Positions 10,116 through 19,528 of a stretch of DNA of 49,769 nucleotides are shown here, piece by piece. Each line of letters begins with the position of its first letter. The stretch's first letter is position 1. A program made the position numbers and the translations under genes. The stretch is from the IMG/VR virus record IMGVR_UViG_638341086_000008, one strand, 5' to 3'. The DNA is from a virus. Taxonomy: Duplodnaviria > Heunggongvirae > Uroviricota > Caudoviricetes. The notes under the pieces were generated by a model. The model did no database searches, was not told where the DNA came from, and was given only the letters and a program-made list of their open reading frames with translations.

Positions 10116-10868
10116 TTATCTCGTCACCTTCCTCAATTGCGCTTCCGCGTATGCTTCTTCCTGCCAGCACTTTGTTACCAGTTTACCAATGACGTCCGCA
10201 TACCCCTTATACCACTGATAATCGGTCAGGTCTGGTACCAGCTTCTGGACATGACGTCGTGCCAGCGTGGTCGGTAAACGACTAAACCGGTTTCCATTAC
10301 AACGCCCACAAATCTTATATACCGGTACGCCATGAAACCGGGTTCTTTTTTCATCCAGAACAATCCCTTTACCCTTACACCCTCTGCACGCTGTGCTGAC
10401 TTCGCCCTTACCATGGCAATGCTGACATAGTTCCTTCACCCATTCTTCCTTGATTACAGATTCCCCGCGTCTGTAGTGTTTCACCACTTCGCGCAATACA
10501 TTATAAAATCCCGTACCTGAACAATGCTCACAGCGAGCCTTACTTGCCGCAGACCTGGAGTAATCAGCAAAGGCAAAACTCACGAGGTAAGGAATAATCT
10601 GTAACCGGATTTCTTCACTCAATTTGTTCAATGTCGGGTTATCCAGTGCCATCGCGTAATTTAGCAGGCCTTCAATCGCAAACTGAGGGTCCTGAACACC
10701 AACTTTTGCCAGAAATAAGGCCAACCCAAGTGGTGCTTTCGACTGCACCATCCCCTGCGCTGCCATTACATCCGTAATTGTTAAACAACCGGTGCCTGTC
10801 GCTGGAGCGTCATCGCTCAATTTTGGAGATTTTGGGGAGTAATATTTTGGTAAGGCTTCAAGGTTCAT
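10116..10868 (-). CDS. quuQ: Late-gene antitermination protein Q homologue
   Basis: ORF with multiple CxxC zinc-binding motifs (CEHCSGTG, CQHCHGKG, CRGCKGKG, CGRCNG); start taken at the internal Met (MNLEALPKYY) giving ~250 aa; position upstream of the pR'/tR' pair. Confidence 0.75.
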   Translation of the reverse strand: MNLEALPKYYSPKSPKLSDDAPATGTGCLTITDVMAAQGMVQSKAPLGLALFLAKVGVQDPQFAIEGLLNYAMALDNPTLNKLSEEIRLQIIPYLVSFAFADYSRSAASKARCEHCSGTGFYNVLREVVKHYRRGESVIKEEWVKELCQHCHGKGEVSTACRGCKGKGIVLDEKRTRFHGVPVYKICGRCNGNRFSRLPTTLARRHVQKLVPDLTDYQWYKGYADVIGKLVTKCWQEEAYAEAQLRKVTR

Positions 10869-10881
10869 GCTCGTTCTCCAC

Positions 10882-11931
10882 TTACGCCAGTACGCCAATT
10901 GCCAGCGCGCGATCGATAAAACGAAATATCAGCTCCAGTTGGGAGCCATACTTATCTTCAAATGCCACTGTATCCGTATGCAGCTCGTTGTGATGCTTTC
11001 TGCACAAAGGCAACACAAAGAGATCATGTGCTTTTGTTCCCATTCCGCCCTGCCCGTGACCAATCAGATGATGCGGATCGTCGGCTGGCATACCGCAGCA
11101 AGCACACGGCTGTGTCTTAACCCAACGTGTGTATTTCTCCTTAACCCAGCGGCGACGTTTAGGCAGCTTCATGAAAGATTCCGGAGACTCTGGATCAACG
11201 GTGATGCTTACCACCGTCTTTTCCTGTGGTGATTTTTGTTGCTGGTGGGCGTAAGGCAACGGTGCAAGATTTTTTGTGCGTTGTTTCAATATGCTGGTGG
11301 CGGTCTGCTCTCCCGGTACGATGTCGCTTTCGCGGTACACCGAGCAGATTTTTTCCGCTGGTAATCCCAGCGAACGACGCGATACAGCCTCAGGTAGTGC
11401 ATCCACCACCTGATTGCAGACCGCCCACCAGGATAATTCAGCCAAAGATAATTCCCGCTCCTGCGTACCGCTTATTGCGTGACGGATGACGTCAATCACC
11501 CATGCTGTCAGATTTTGTTGAGCAAGCAGCTCCAGTGATTCCGATGTCTGGTCACGCAGTTGGTTGTCGCAGTGCCAGCACAACACCATTGCGCCGGTAC
11601 CATAACGGTGAATGACTGTTTCAGTGTGATGGTAATCGCCATTAGGCCACTGGCAGGATGTAACATGACGTAATAGCCAGTCGGACAATGCGCCAACGCC
11701 GCCAGCAGCACGAATCACCCGTTCGTTACTAAAAAACGGCAGCAATGTTTTGTCTTCCGCCAGCGGCTGGCGAACGGCAGGAACGACTCCGGATGGCAGA
11801 TTACGCATGCTTTTTGGTTCCGGTTCCACCAGCACTCGAGGATTATGAAATATCTGTATGGATTCACGGCCCGGCTTAAGGACCACCAGCCCAAGCTCAG
11901 GCACCAGAACAGGTCTAAGTAATACCCGCAC
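10882..11931 (-). CDS. ydfU: DUF968-family prophage protein (YdfU-like), C-terminal Cys/His-rich motif
   Basis: Long ORF with C-terminal ...CACCGMPADDPHHL...CRKHHNELH; start placed at the GTG at 11931..11929 preceded by GGAGG, giving 349 aa and removing the overlap with the upstream ORF. Confidence 0.7.
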   Translation of the reverse strand: MRVLLRPVLVPELGLVVLKPGRESIQIFHNPRVLVEPEPKSMRNLPSGVVPAVRQPLAEDKTLLPFFSNERVIRAAGGVGALSDWLLRHVTSCQWPNGDYHHTETVIHRYGTGAMVLCWHCDNQLRDQTSESLELLAQQNLTAWVIDVIRHAISGTQERELSLAELSWWAVCNQVVDALPEAVSRRSLGLPAEKICSVYRESDIVPGEQTATSILKQRTKNLAPLPYAHQQQKSPQEKTVVSITVDPESPESFMKLPKRRRWVKEKYTRWVKTQPCACCGMPADDPHHLIGHGQGGMGTKAHDLFVLPLCRKHHNELHTDTVAFEDKYGSQLELIFRFIDRALAIGVLA

Positions 11932-11932
11932 G

Positions 11933-12211
11933 TTACCTCCAGATCCGTTGCTGGAAAGTGCGGGACGCACGTGGTGGGCGTTCGGAATAAGGCAGCCTGA
12001 CAGAGATTATCCAGTGCCGATAGTCGAGACTGAGAGCTTTCTTAACCTCGAACCCGCGCCTGCGGTAAGAATGAATCAGCCATTCGGCCTGTTCTGCAGT
12101 GCATGGAGGGTGCTGGAACCATTCAGACTTGAATGCGTGAGAATACCGCCCGTGCGTGCAGGCAAGAACGGGCGAATTATCAGAATTGTAATATTTTGCG
12201 TTGCGTGCCAT
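11933..12211 (-). CDS. Hypothetical phage protein (92 aa) immediately upstream of ydfU
   Basis: ORF with GGAG 8 nt upstream of the ATG; stop abuts the proposed ydfU start; no function assignable. Confidence 0.45.
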   Translation of the reverse strand: MARNAKYYNSDNSPVLACTHGRYSHAFKSEWFQHPPCTAEQAEWLIHSYRRRGFEVKKALSLDYRHWIISVRLPYSERPPRASRTFQQRIWR

Positions 12212-12277
12212 CGGTTTTCTCCGGTGGCACGGTGTTACTCAGCGGGAGTTCAGCCCCGCGCAAGATTGTAGATGAGT

Positions 12278-12529
12278 TTATTCTCCTGAAAAAGCAGAAA
12301 AGCCAGCTTTTATTCCGATCTCTTTCAATGCCTGTAATGAAGTGACAAACTCACCTTCGCGCAAGATAAATCCGTCCGTGACCCGAGCATCCACAAAATT
12401 AATTAACGCAGCCCCATTCTTTCGCAAACACATAATGCGGTAATGACTAACAAGATTTCCATTTTCAACGCACACAGCATAGAGGCCATCTTCACAAAAA
12501 ATTTTACGCAGTTCTTCGATGTTCATCAT
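12278..12529 (-). CDS. rem: Rem-like small prophage protein
   Basis: 83 aa, MMNIEELRKIFCEDGLYAVCVENGN...; position between ydfU and hokD as in Qin. Confidence 0.65.
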   Translation of the reverse strand: MMNIEELRKIFCEDGLYAVCVENGNLVSHYRIMCLRKNGAALINFVDARVTDGFILREGEFVTSLQALKEIGIKAGFSAFSGE

Positions 12530-12640
12530 CAGAATCCTTCCGGATAATTAGCTCTCCCCTTTAAGGGACCATCCCTCTTATCCCTGCGCGCTACTTAAGT
12601 ATTTTTGATTCTATTCCGGCACCGTCCAGAACTTCAAACG

Positions 12641-12677
12641 CGTTGAAAATAAAAACAAAAACCCGCCGAAGCGGGTT
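12641..12677 (-). terminator. Rho-independent terminator downstream of the relB-relE-hokD operon
   Basis: Hairpin AACCCGC-cgaa-GCGGGTT followed on the minus strand by TTTTTGTTTTTATTTTC. Confidence 0.6.
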
Positions 12678-12745
12678 AAGTGCGGGTGCGTTGAGGATGC
12701 CTGCCACATCAGAGGTGGCGAGGGATTTCTCCCCCGCCGGGTCTC

Positions 12746-12901
12746 TTACTCCTCAGGTTCGTAAGCTGTGAAGACAGCGACCTCCGTCTGGCCGGTTCGG
12801 ATTCGTACCTCGCAGAGGTCTTTCCTCGTTACCAGTGCCGTCACTATGACGGTTAAACAGATGACGATCAGGGCGATTAACATCGCCTTTTGCTGCTTCA
12901 T
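12746..12901 (-). CDS. hokD: Hok-family membrane toxin (HokD/RelF-like), 51 aa
   Basis: Manual translation gives MKQQKAMLIALIVICLTVIVTALVTRKDLCEVRIRTGQTEVAVFTAYEPEE; absent from the ORF track because it is under 60 aa; a spurious plus-strand ORF (12768..12989) overlaps it. Confidence 0.85.
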   Translation of the reverse strand: MKQQKAMLIALIVICLTVIVTALVTRKDLCEVRIRTGQTEVAVFTAYEPEE

Positions 12902-12972
12902 AGCCTGCTTCTCCTGTCAACGCAAAGCAGAAGTGTCACCTTCGGTGCGAAACAGAGATGTCATGCTTTGGT

Positions 12973-13260
12973 TCAGAGAATGCGTTTGACCGCCTCGCTA
13001 TATACTTCCGAGCGTTCTCTTTTCCCAACAGAAATCACGAAAACGACAACTTTCTCGTCTATAACCTGGTATACAAGGCGATAGCCTGAAGACCGGAGCT
13101 TAATCTTGTAACAATCAGGCATACCACGGAGCTTGTTTGCTTCAATCCGGGGTGACTCAAGTACTTCAACCAGCTTCTTTTTCAACTGTTCACGTACCGT
13201 CGAGCCCAGCTTTCGCCATTCCTTTAGTGCCCGCTCGTCAAAATCCAGAAAATACGCCAT
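12973..13260 (-). CDS. relE: RelE mRNA interferase toxin
   Basis: 95 aa, MAYFLDFDERALKEWRKL...; ATGA overlap with relB (shared position 13260). Confidence 0.9.
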   Translation of the reverse strand: MAYFLDFDERALKEWRKLGSTVREQLKKKLVEVLESPRIEANKLRGMPDCYKIKLRSSGYRLVYQVIDEKVVVFVISVGKRERSEVYSEAVKRIL

Positions 13261-13499
13261 CAGAGTTCATCCAGCGTCACACGTACTGGCTTAGGATTAC
13301 GAAGCCGTTCTTTCACTATCTCCACAAGTTCAGCATCTTCATCACTCAGGAGTGTCTGTTTGAACGGCAAGCGTTCATTGTCAGCGATATACTCGAGCAT
13401 GAGACGAAGCGCTTCAGAAGGAGTTACACCCATTTTTTCAAGCGCGGCGTAAGAACGCGCTTTAAGTTCATCGTCAATACGCAGGTTAATGCTACCCAT
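13260..13499 (-). CDS. relB: RelB antitoxin
   Basis: 79 aa, MGSINLRIDDELKARSYAALEKMGVTPSEALR...; RHH-type antitoxin upstream of relE. Confidence 0.9.
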   Translation of the reverse strand: MGSINLRIDDELKARSYAALEKMGVTPSEALRLMLEYIADNERLPFKQTLLSDEDAELVEIVKERLRNPKPVRVTLDEL

Positions 13500-13510
13500 G
13501 TCTTACACCT

Positions 13511-13536
13511 CTTGTAATTACAAATGTCATTACAAG
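13511..13536 (-). promoter_or_regulatory. relO-like operator: inverted TTGTAAT repeats (CTTGTAATTACAAATGTCATTACAAG) immediately upstream of relB
   Basis: Palindromic hexad repeats within 12-40 bp of the relB start codon, typical of the RelB/RelE autoregulated operator. Confidence 0.55.
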
Positions 13537-13829
13537 TATCGCACTACAACATGCTTAGGGCAAGTCACGAAGGAAGTCAGAAAGTAGTCGTAAGAACGGT
13601 GATCACTGTCCGCTTTGTGCCAGGAGCAGCCATTGCTAAGTCCATCCTGTATTGTGCAGGTCAGCTCGTTTTTAAAGAGTCCGGCCATCATCTTACTGGT
13701 ACAGACACCATATACTTTGTGACGGTCAGGCTACATATGCACAACTCAACTTATTCATCTATTTTTTGCTTTAGCATGTCAGTGTTGCTTTCTCGTCGGC
13801 GGGTGAGCGGTGACCTGACCTGTCGATAA
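13524..13829 (+). CDS. Hypothetical 101-aa ORF divergent from relB (possibly ydfV-like)
   Basis: Open reading frame only; start codon lies inside the relO palindrome; no recognisable motif. Kept at low confidence. Confidence 0.25.
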   Translation: MSLQVSHYNMLRASHEGSQKVVVRTVITVRFVPGAAIAKSILYCAGQLVFKESGHHLTGTDTIYFVTVRLHMHNSTYSSIFCFSMSVLLSRRRVSGDLTCR

Positions 13830-14101
13830 AGGAACGTAGCACGTTTTATGCAACACCCGCATGCGGCAGAAAATTATTGCCGAACGTTTACCCCTGTCAA
13901 CAAGCTTTACTTTCTGAGGCGCGCCAGCCCGCGAGGAAAACAATCTGAACATCAAACAATTAATGACACAAGAAATACGATTAAAGATTTTTTTGTGCAT
14001 GCCGATAGTGCTTTTTGTAAGCGTAAACTGACCGCCGTATGTAGCCATCAGACGAGAATTGGTAACTTAGACGCCCATCTGATATAGACGGACATCTAAG
14101 T

Positions 14102-14527
14102 ATGGAATTACAGGACTGGCGAAAAGAACCTCGTAAAAACTATTCGAATGAATTCAAACTTCGTATGGTGGAACTGGCATCACAACCTGGAGCTTGTGTT
14201 GCACAGATTGCACGTGAAAATGGCGTCAATGATAATGTTATTTTCAAATGGCTCAGGCTCTGGCAGAACGAAGGGCGTGTTTCGCGGCGTCTTCCGGTAA
14301 CGACCTCTTCTGACACTGGCGTTGAATTATTACCTGTAGAAATAACGCCGGATGAGCAGAAAGAACCTGTGGCGGCCATTGCGCCGTCTTTATCCACTTC
14401 CACTCAGACCAGAGTCAGTGCCAGTTCCTGCAAGGTGGAATTCCGTCACGGTAACATGACGCTGGAAAATCCATCGCCAGAGCTGCTCACAGTGTTGATC
14501 CGTGAACTGACCGGGAGGGGAAGATGA
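14102..14527 (+). CDS. tnpA: IS66-family TnpA (copy 2)
   Basis: 141 aa; HTH region ASQPGACVAQIARENGVNDNVIFKWLR. Confidence 0.8.
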   Translation: MELQDWRKEPRKNYSNEFKLRMVELASQPGACVAQIARENGVNDNVIFKWLRLWQNEGRVSRRLPVTTSSDTGVELLPVEITPDEQKEPVAAIAPSLSTSTQTRVSASSCKVEFRHGNMTLENPSPELLTVLIRELTGRGR

Positions 14528-14874
14528 TCTCACTCCCATCAGGTACCCGTATCTGGCTCGTTGCCGGCGTTACCGATATGCGTAAATCCTTCAACGGACT
14601 GGGAGAACAGGTACAACATGTGCTGAATGATAATCCCTTCTCCGGTCACCTGTTTATCTTCCGTGGCCGACGGGGTGACACCGTCAAAATTCTTTGGGCT
14701 GATGCTGATGGTCTGTGCCTGTTCACCAAACGCCTGGAGGAAGGCCAGTTTATCTGGCCTGCGGTACGTGACGGCAAGGTATCCATTACCCGCTCGCAAC
14801 TGGCAATGCTCCTCGATAAGCTGGACTGGCGTCAGCCAAAAACATCCAGCCGTAACTCACTGACAATGTTGTAA
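14524..14874 (+). CDS. tnpB: IS66-family TnpB (copy 2)
   Basis: 116 aa; MISLPSGTRIWLVAGVTDMRKSFNGL... conserved with the other copies; ATGA overlap with tnpA. Confidence 0.85.
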   Translation: MISLPSGTRIWLVAGVTDMRKSFNGLGEQVQHVLNDNPFSGHLFIFRGRRGDTVKILWADADGLCLFTKRLEEGQFIWPAVRDGKVSITRSQLAMLLDKLDWRQPKTSSRNSLTML

Positions 14875-14904
14875 AAAACTCCTGACCGCATTATAAAAAC
14901 GGTC

Positions 14905-16517
14905 ATGAGTCAGAAATACCTCATTCGCATCGCAGAGCTGGAAAGGTTGCTCTCTGAGCAGGCTGAAGCCCTCCGTCAGAAAGACCAGCAACTGAGTCTG
15001 GTTGAAGAGACGGAAGCCTTCCTGCGCTCTGCACTGACACGTGCCGAAGAAAAGATCGAAGAAGATGAACGGGAAATAGAACATCTGCGGGCTCAGATAG
15101 AAAAACTGCGCCGGATGCTGTTCGGTACCCGTTCTGAAAAACTGCGTCGTGAAGTTGAACTGGCTGAGGCTCTGCTGAAACAACGTGAACAGGACAGCGA
15201 TCGTTACAGTGGGCGGGAAGACGATCCTCAGGTTCCCCGCCAGTTGCGACAGTCGCGCCATCGTCGTCCGTTACCGGCACACCTTCCCCGTGAAATACAC
15301 CGCCTGGAGCCAGAAGAAAGCTGTTGCCCGGAGTGTGGCGGTGAGCTGGATTATCTGGGGGAAGTCAGCGCTGAACAGCTGGAACTGGTGAGCAGTGCCC
15401 TGAAAGTGATCCGCACAGAACGGGTAAAAAAAGCCTGTACAAAATGTGACTGTATTGTTGAAGCACCGGCGCCGTCCCGCCCGATAGAGCGTGGTATCGC
15501 GGGCCCCGGATTACTTGCCCGCGTGTTAACGGGAAAATACTGCGAACATCTGCCACTGTATCGTCAGAGTGAAATCTTTGCCCGCCAGGGTGTCGAACTG
15601 AGCCGGGCCTTACTCTCCAACTGGGTTGACGCGTGCTGCCAGTTAATGACACCGGTGATGATGCCCTGTACCGTTATGTAATGAACACCCGCAAGGTTCA
15701 CACTGATGACACACCGGTAAAGGTACTGGCACCGGGTCAGAAAAAGGCGAAAACAGGGCGTATCTGGACGTATGTCCGGGATGATCGCAATGTGGGTTCG
15801 TCATCTCCTCCAGCGGTCTGGTTCGCGTACTCGCCGAACCGGCAGGGGAAACACCCGGAGCAACACCTCCGCCCCTTCCGGGGTATCCTGCAGGCGGATG
15901 CGTTCACAGGTTACGACAGGTTGTTCAGTGCAGAACGTGAAGGTGGTGCACTGACAGAAGTTGCGTGCTGGGCCCATGCCCGGCGAAAAATCCACGATGT
16001 ATACATCAGCAGCAAAAGTGCGACGGCAGAAGAAGCCCTGAAGCGAATCAGTGAACTGTACGCCATCGAGGATGAAATACGGGGATTACCGGAGTTAGAG
16101 CGTCTTGCCGTCAGGCAGCAGCGAAGCAAAGTGTTACTGACGTCGCTGCATGAATGGATGGTGGAGAAGAATGGTACGCTGTCGAAAAAATCCAGACTGG
16201 GCGAAGCGTTCAGCTATGTACTGAATCAGTGGGATGCCCTCTGTTATTACAGTGATGACGGTCTGGCGGAGGCGGATAATAATGCTGCGGAAAGAGCGCT
16301 TCGTGCAGTCTGTCTCGGAAAGAAAAACTTTATGTTCTTTGGCAGCGATCACGGCGGCGAGCGTGGAGCACTGTTGTACGGGCTGATCGGCACCTGCCGT
16401 CTGAACGGTATCGATCCGGAAGCGTATCTGCGCCATATCCTGAGCGTACTGCCGGAATGGCCTTCCAACCGAGTTGATGAACTCCTGCCATGGAACGTAG
16501 TACTCACCAATAAATAA
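14905..16517 (+). pseudogene. tnpC: IS66-family transposase TnpC (copy 2), interrupted by a frameshift near 15633..15681
   Basis: Two overlapping ORFs (14905..15681 and 15633..16517) together cover the full TnpC alignment seen in copy 1; the frame changes where copy 1 reads ..[14 protein letters not shown]... Confidence 0.75.
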
Positions 16518-16570
16518 GCGTCAATACGGTGCTCCGTTGACGCTTACTGCTTTTTTAAAAGGAGAAATCT

Positions 16571-16799
16571 ATGTCTGTCACAATTCAGGGAAATACCTCA
16601 ACCGTTATTTCAAACAACTCCGCCCCGGAAGGAACATCAGAAATAGCCAAAATCACAAGACAAATTCAGGTGCTGACTGAAAAGCTTGGGAAAATCTCAT
16701 CGGAAGAGGGGATGACGACACAGCAGAAAAAAGAAATGGCTGCATTGGTACAGAAGCAAATTGAAAGCCTCAGGGCTCAACTGGAGCAGTTGTTAAGGC
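16571..16799 (+). pseudogene. flxA: flxA-like gene truncated at its 3' end by IS629 copy 2
   Basis: ORF begins MSVTIQGNTSTVISNNSAPEG...; from codon 77 onward the reading frame runs into the IS629 terminal repeat (16800). Confidence 0.6.
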
Positions 16800-16841
16800 T
16801 GAACCGCCCCGGGTTTCCTGGAGAGTATTTTATCTGTGAAC

Positions 16842-17729
16842 TCAGGCTGCCAGATCATCGTTTCCGATGGAAGCATAATAAGCTTTTTCTGCTTCTGCCG
16901 GAGGAGTATGGCCCAGCCTTTCCAGCAATCGTCGATTGTTATACCAGTCCACCCACGTGAGTGTGGCCAGTTCCACTTCTGCACGGTTTTTCCAGCTCTT
17001 ACGGTGTATTACCTCCGCTTTGTAAAGACCATTGATGCTCTCCGCCATCGCGTTGTCATACGAGTCGCCTGTACTTCCTGTTGATGCCAGTAATCCGGCT
17101 TCCTTAAGCCGCTGTGTGTAGGCCAGCGATACATACTGAGAACCTTTATCACTGTGATGGACCGTGCCGGACGGTCGACGGGCCCATAACGCCTGCTCCA
17201 GTGCATCCAGCACGAATGTCGTCTCCATGGACGATGAGACCCGCCACCCCACAATGTATCCGGCAAACACATCAATGATGAACGCCACATAGACGAAGCC
17301 CTGCCATGTGCTGACGTAAGTAAAATCAGCCACCCACAGCTGGTCAGGTCGTTCTGCCACGAACTGACGGTTTACGCGGTCGCCTGCGGCAACGGCTTTC
17401 CGGCTGATGGTCGTACGGACCTTTTTACCCCGGAGAACACCGGCAAGTCCCATAACCGCCATGAGACGTGCCACAGTGCATCTGGCCACTCTGATACCTT
17501 CCCGTAACAACTGACGCCAGACTTTACGCACACCGTATACCTTGTGATTTTCATCGTATACGCGCTGTATCTCTTTCTTCAGCCAGTCATCGCGCTGCGC
17601 ACGGGCACTGCGTTTATCCGGATGATGTCGCTGTTGCTGACAGTGGTAATACGTTGACGGGGCAATATGCAGTTCACTGCATACCGGTCCGACCCCGCAC
17701 TGCTCACGCAGCTTATCCAGCAGTGGCAT
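16842..17729 (-). CDS. IS629 OrfB (copy 2)
   Basis: Protein identical to 7473..8360. Confidence 0.9.
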   Translation of the reverse strand: MPLLDKLREQCGVGPVCSELHIAPSTYYHCQQQRHHPDKRSARAQRDDWLKKEIQRVYDENHKVYGVRKVWRQLLREGIRVARCTVARLMAVMGLAGVLRGKKVRTTISRKAVAAGDRVNRQFVAERPDQLWVADFTYVSTWQGFVYVAFIIDVFAGYIVGWRVSSSMETTFVLDALEQALWARRPSGTVHHSDKGSQYVSLAYTQRLKEAGLLASTGSTGDSYDNAMAESINGLYKAEVIHRKSWKNRAEVELATLTWVDWYNNRRLLERLGHTPPAEAEKAYYASIGNDDLAA

Positions 17730-18055
17730 TATTTTTTCCAGAGGCGGTCGAACTCCGCCTTCGCAAAATAAGCGGAAGCCTGGCGAAGGATATCGTTACT
17801 GCGGCGCAGTTCACGATTTTCACGCTCCAGCTCTTTCAGACGCTGACGTTCAGCGGTGGTGAGCCCTCCATCACCGCCCCCGGTATCCCGCTCATGCTGG
17901 CGAACCCAGACACGCAGAGTCTCCGGCGTACAGCCAATCTTTGGAGCAATGGAACAAATTGTCGCCCATTGTGAGTCATATTCGCCCTGACTTTCCAGAA
18001 CCATACGGACTGCCCGTTGACGGACTTCAGGGGAAAAACGAGTATTTTTAGTCAT
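17729..18055 (-). CDS. IS629 OrfA (copy 2)
   Basis: Protein identical to 7147..7473. Confidence 0.9.
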   Translation of the reverse strand: MTKNTRFSPEVRQRAVRMVLESQGEYDSQWATICSIAPKIGCTPETLRVWVRQHERDTGGGDGGLTTAERQRLKELERENRELRRSNDILRQASAYFAKAEFDRLWKK

Positions 18056-18645
18056 CCTGTTTACCTCTTTCTCAGGAAGTTTAGTCTCCAGGATTCCCGG
18101 GGCGGTTCACGCTGCCGTCAGAGGCAAAACAACCAAAACCGCCGAAGGAATGCTCACCAACATGCTCGGAGATATTGCAGCAGAAGCTCAGCTTTATGCT
18201 GAAATTGCTGACGAACGCTACATCGCAGGAGTGACTTGTCAACAGATCTATGAATCTTTAAGAGATAAAAAGCATCAAATGTAGGGTAATATTAAATCGG
18301 AACATTTACATCGCGGAATGTAAAATTTGAATAAAAAGGACTCTTCCATGAGCCAAAATTCCTGAAATCTTAAGGGTAAGATAAAAGGTCTTAATCAGAA
18401 TGACACGTTTTATTAATAAATAAAGCTATTCTTTCATTGCTGTGTTTTTCTTTACAAAAGTAATCCTTGCTATGGGTGGTTAATCATGCGTTAATGGTGT
18501 TCTGGTTTGTTACAAATTTATCTGAAGCAGTCATTGTTATAATTTTATTATTTGTACCTCTTGAGATTTCCTTGTTGGTTTTTCTCTCTGATATTTTTTT
18601 CGGACCATTCTGCCCAAGGGCTAATTTCTTCAAAAGGTAATAATT

Positions 18646-18858
18646 ATGTCTAACAAAATGACTGGTTTAGTGAAATGGTTTAACCCTGAAAAAGGTTTTG
18701 GTTTCATCACGCCGAAAGATGGCAGCAAAGATGTGTTTGTCCATTTCTCAGCAATTCAGAGCAACGATTTCAAAACATTAACTGAGAATCAGGAAGTTGA
18801 ATTTGGTATTGAGAACGGACCTAAAGGTCCTGCCGCTGTTCATGTAGTGGCGCTTTGA
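18646..18858 (+). CDS. cspI: Cold-shock protein CspI-like (CspA family)
   Basis: 70 aa, [34 protein letters not shown]...; long AT-rich 5' leader typical of cold-shock genes. Confidence 0.8.
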   Translation: MSNKMTGLVKWFNPEKGFGFITPKDGSKDVFVHFSAIQSNDFKTLTENQEVEFGIENGPKGPAAVHVVAL

Positions 18859-19129
18859 GGTAGACAATATTACAAACCATATTCACTTTAGATGCCCGTG
18901 TTGTCATGGTTCCCAGTATAGAACATCATCTTTTGATGTTTCTGACATGAATCCTTTCGGGGCAAAATGTATCTTTTGTAAATCAATGATGATTACATTT
19001 GATAATATTTCACAATACTTAAATGCCAGCCGTCTGTCGTTGGATTTAAAAAAGTGAAAATGAAGGCTCCTTCGGGAGCTTTTTTGCTTGGTGTCTATTC
19101 GATGGATACTCACATACTACGGTAACATC

Positions 19130-19360
19130 ATGAAAAAAATCATAGTTTTTTTTAACTCTGAACCAGCAGTGGTAGTGCCAGCGATGACTGGAGTTAACAC
19201 CATCATGCGTGAATATCCAAATGGCGAAAAAACACACCTTACTGTAATGGCCGCAGGGTTTCCATCTCTGACCGGAGATCATAAAGTCATTTATGTAGCC
19301 GCGGATCGACATGTTACTTCAGAAGAAATTCTGGAAGCAGCAATAAGGCTCTTGAGTTGA
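19130..19360 (+). CDS. Small hypothetical prophage protein (ynfN-position ORF)
   Basis: ORF from the internal Met MKKIIVFF...; assigned by its position between cspI and gnsB; weak ribosome-binding site. Confidence 0.3.
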   Translation: MKKIIVFFNSEPAVVVPAMTGVNTIMREYPNGEKTHLTVMAAGFPSLTGDHKVIYVAADRHVTSEEILEAAIRLLS

Positions 19361-19528
19361 TTTGATGCTATTGCATTGATAATTCAGGAAAATTCTCTTT
19401 GTCTGTTTGTGTAAAATTTAGACTATCGTATGTTGATTATTGCGATGTTTCATCTTATCTTTTACACGTTTGCACCATATAATCGACTTACTGTGTAACT
19501 GGAAAGTCATAACAGACTAAAAGAGGAA

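Larger units (their letters stand above)
14017..16547 (+). mobile_element. IS66-family insertion sequence, copy 2 (tnpC frameshifted)
   Basis: Ends GTAAGCGTAAACTG... and ...CGTTGACGCTTAC; perfect 8-bp target-site duplication TGCTTTTT at 14009..14016 and 16548..16555; tnpA-tnpB-tnpC order. Confidence 0.85.
16800..18109 (-). mobile_element. IS629 (IS3 family), copy 2, inverted relative to copy 1
   Basis: Same terminal repeats and identical OrfA/OrfB proteins as copy 1, on the opposite strand; no flanking direct repeat. Confidence 0.85.

Noticed and set aside
7093-18109. Possibility that the two IS629 copies form a composite transposon carrying the relBE-hokD/Q block
   Set aside because: The copies are inverted but no target-site duplication flanks the composite unit, and the internal genes follow a prophage order; inversion and deletion explain the layout more simply. 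Not excluded.
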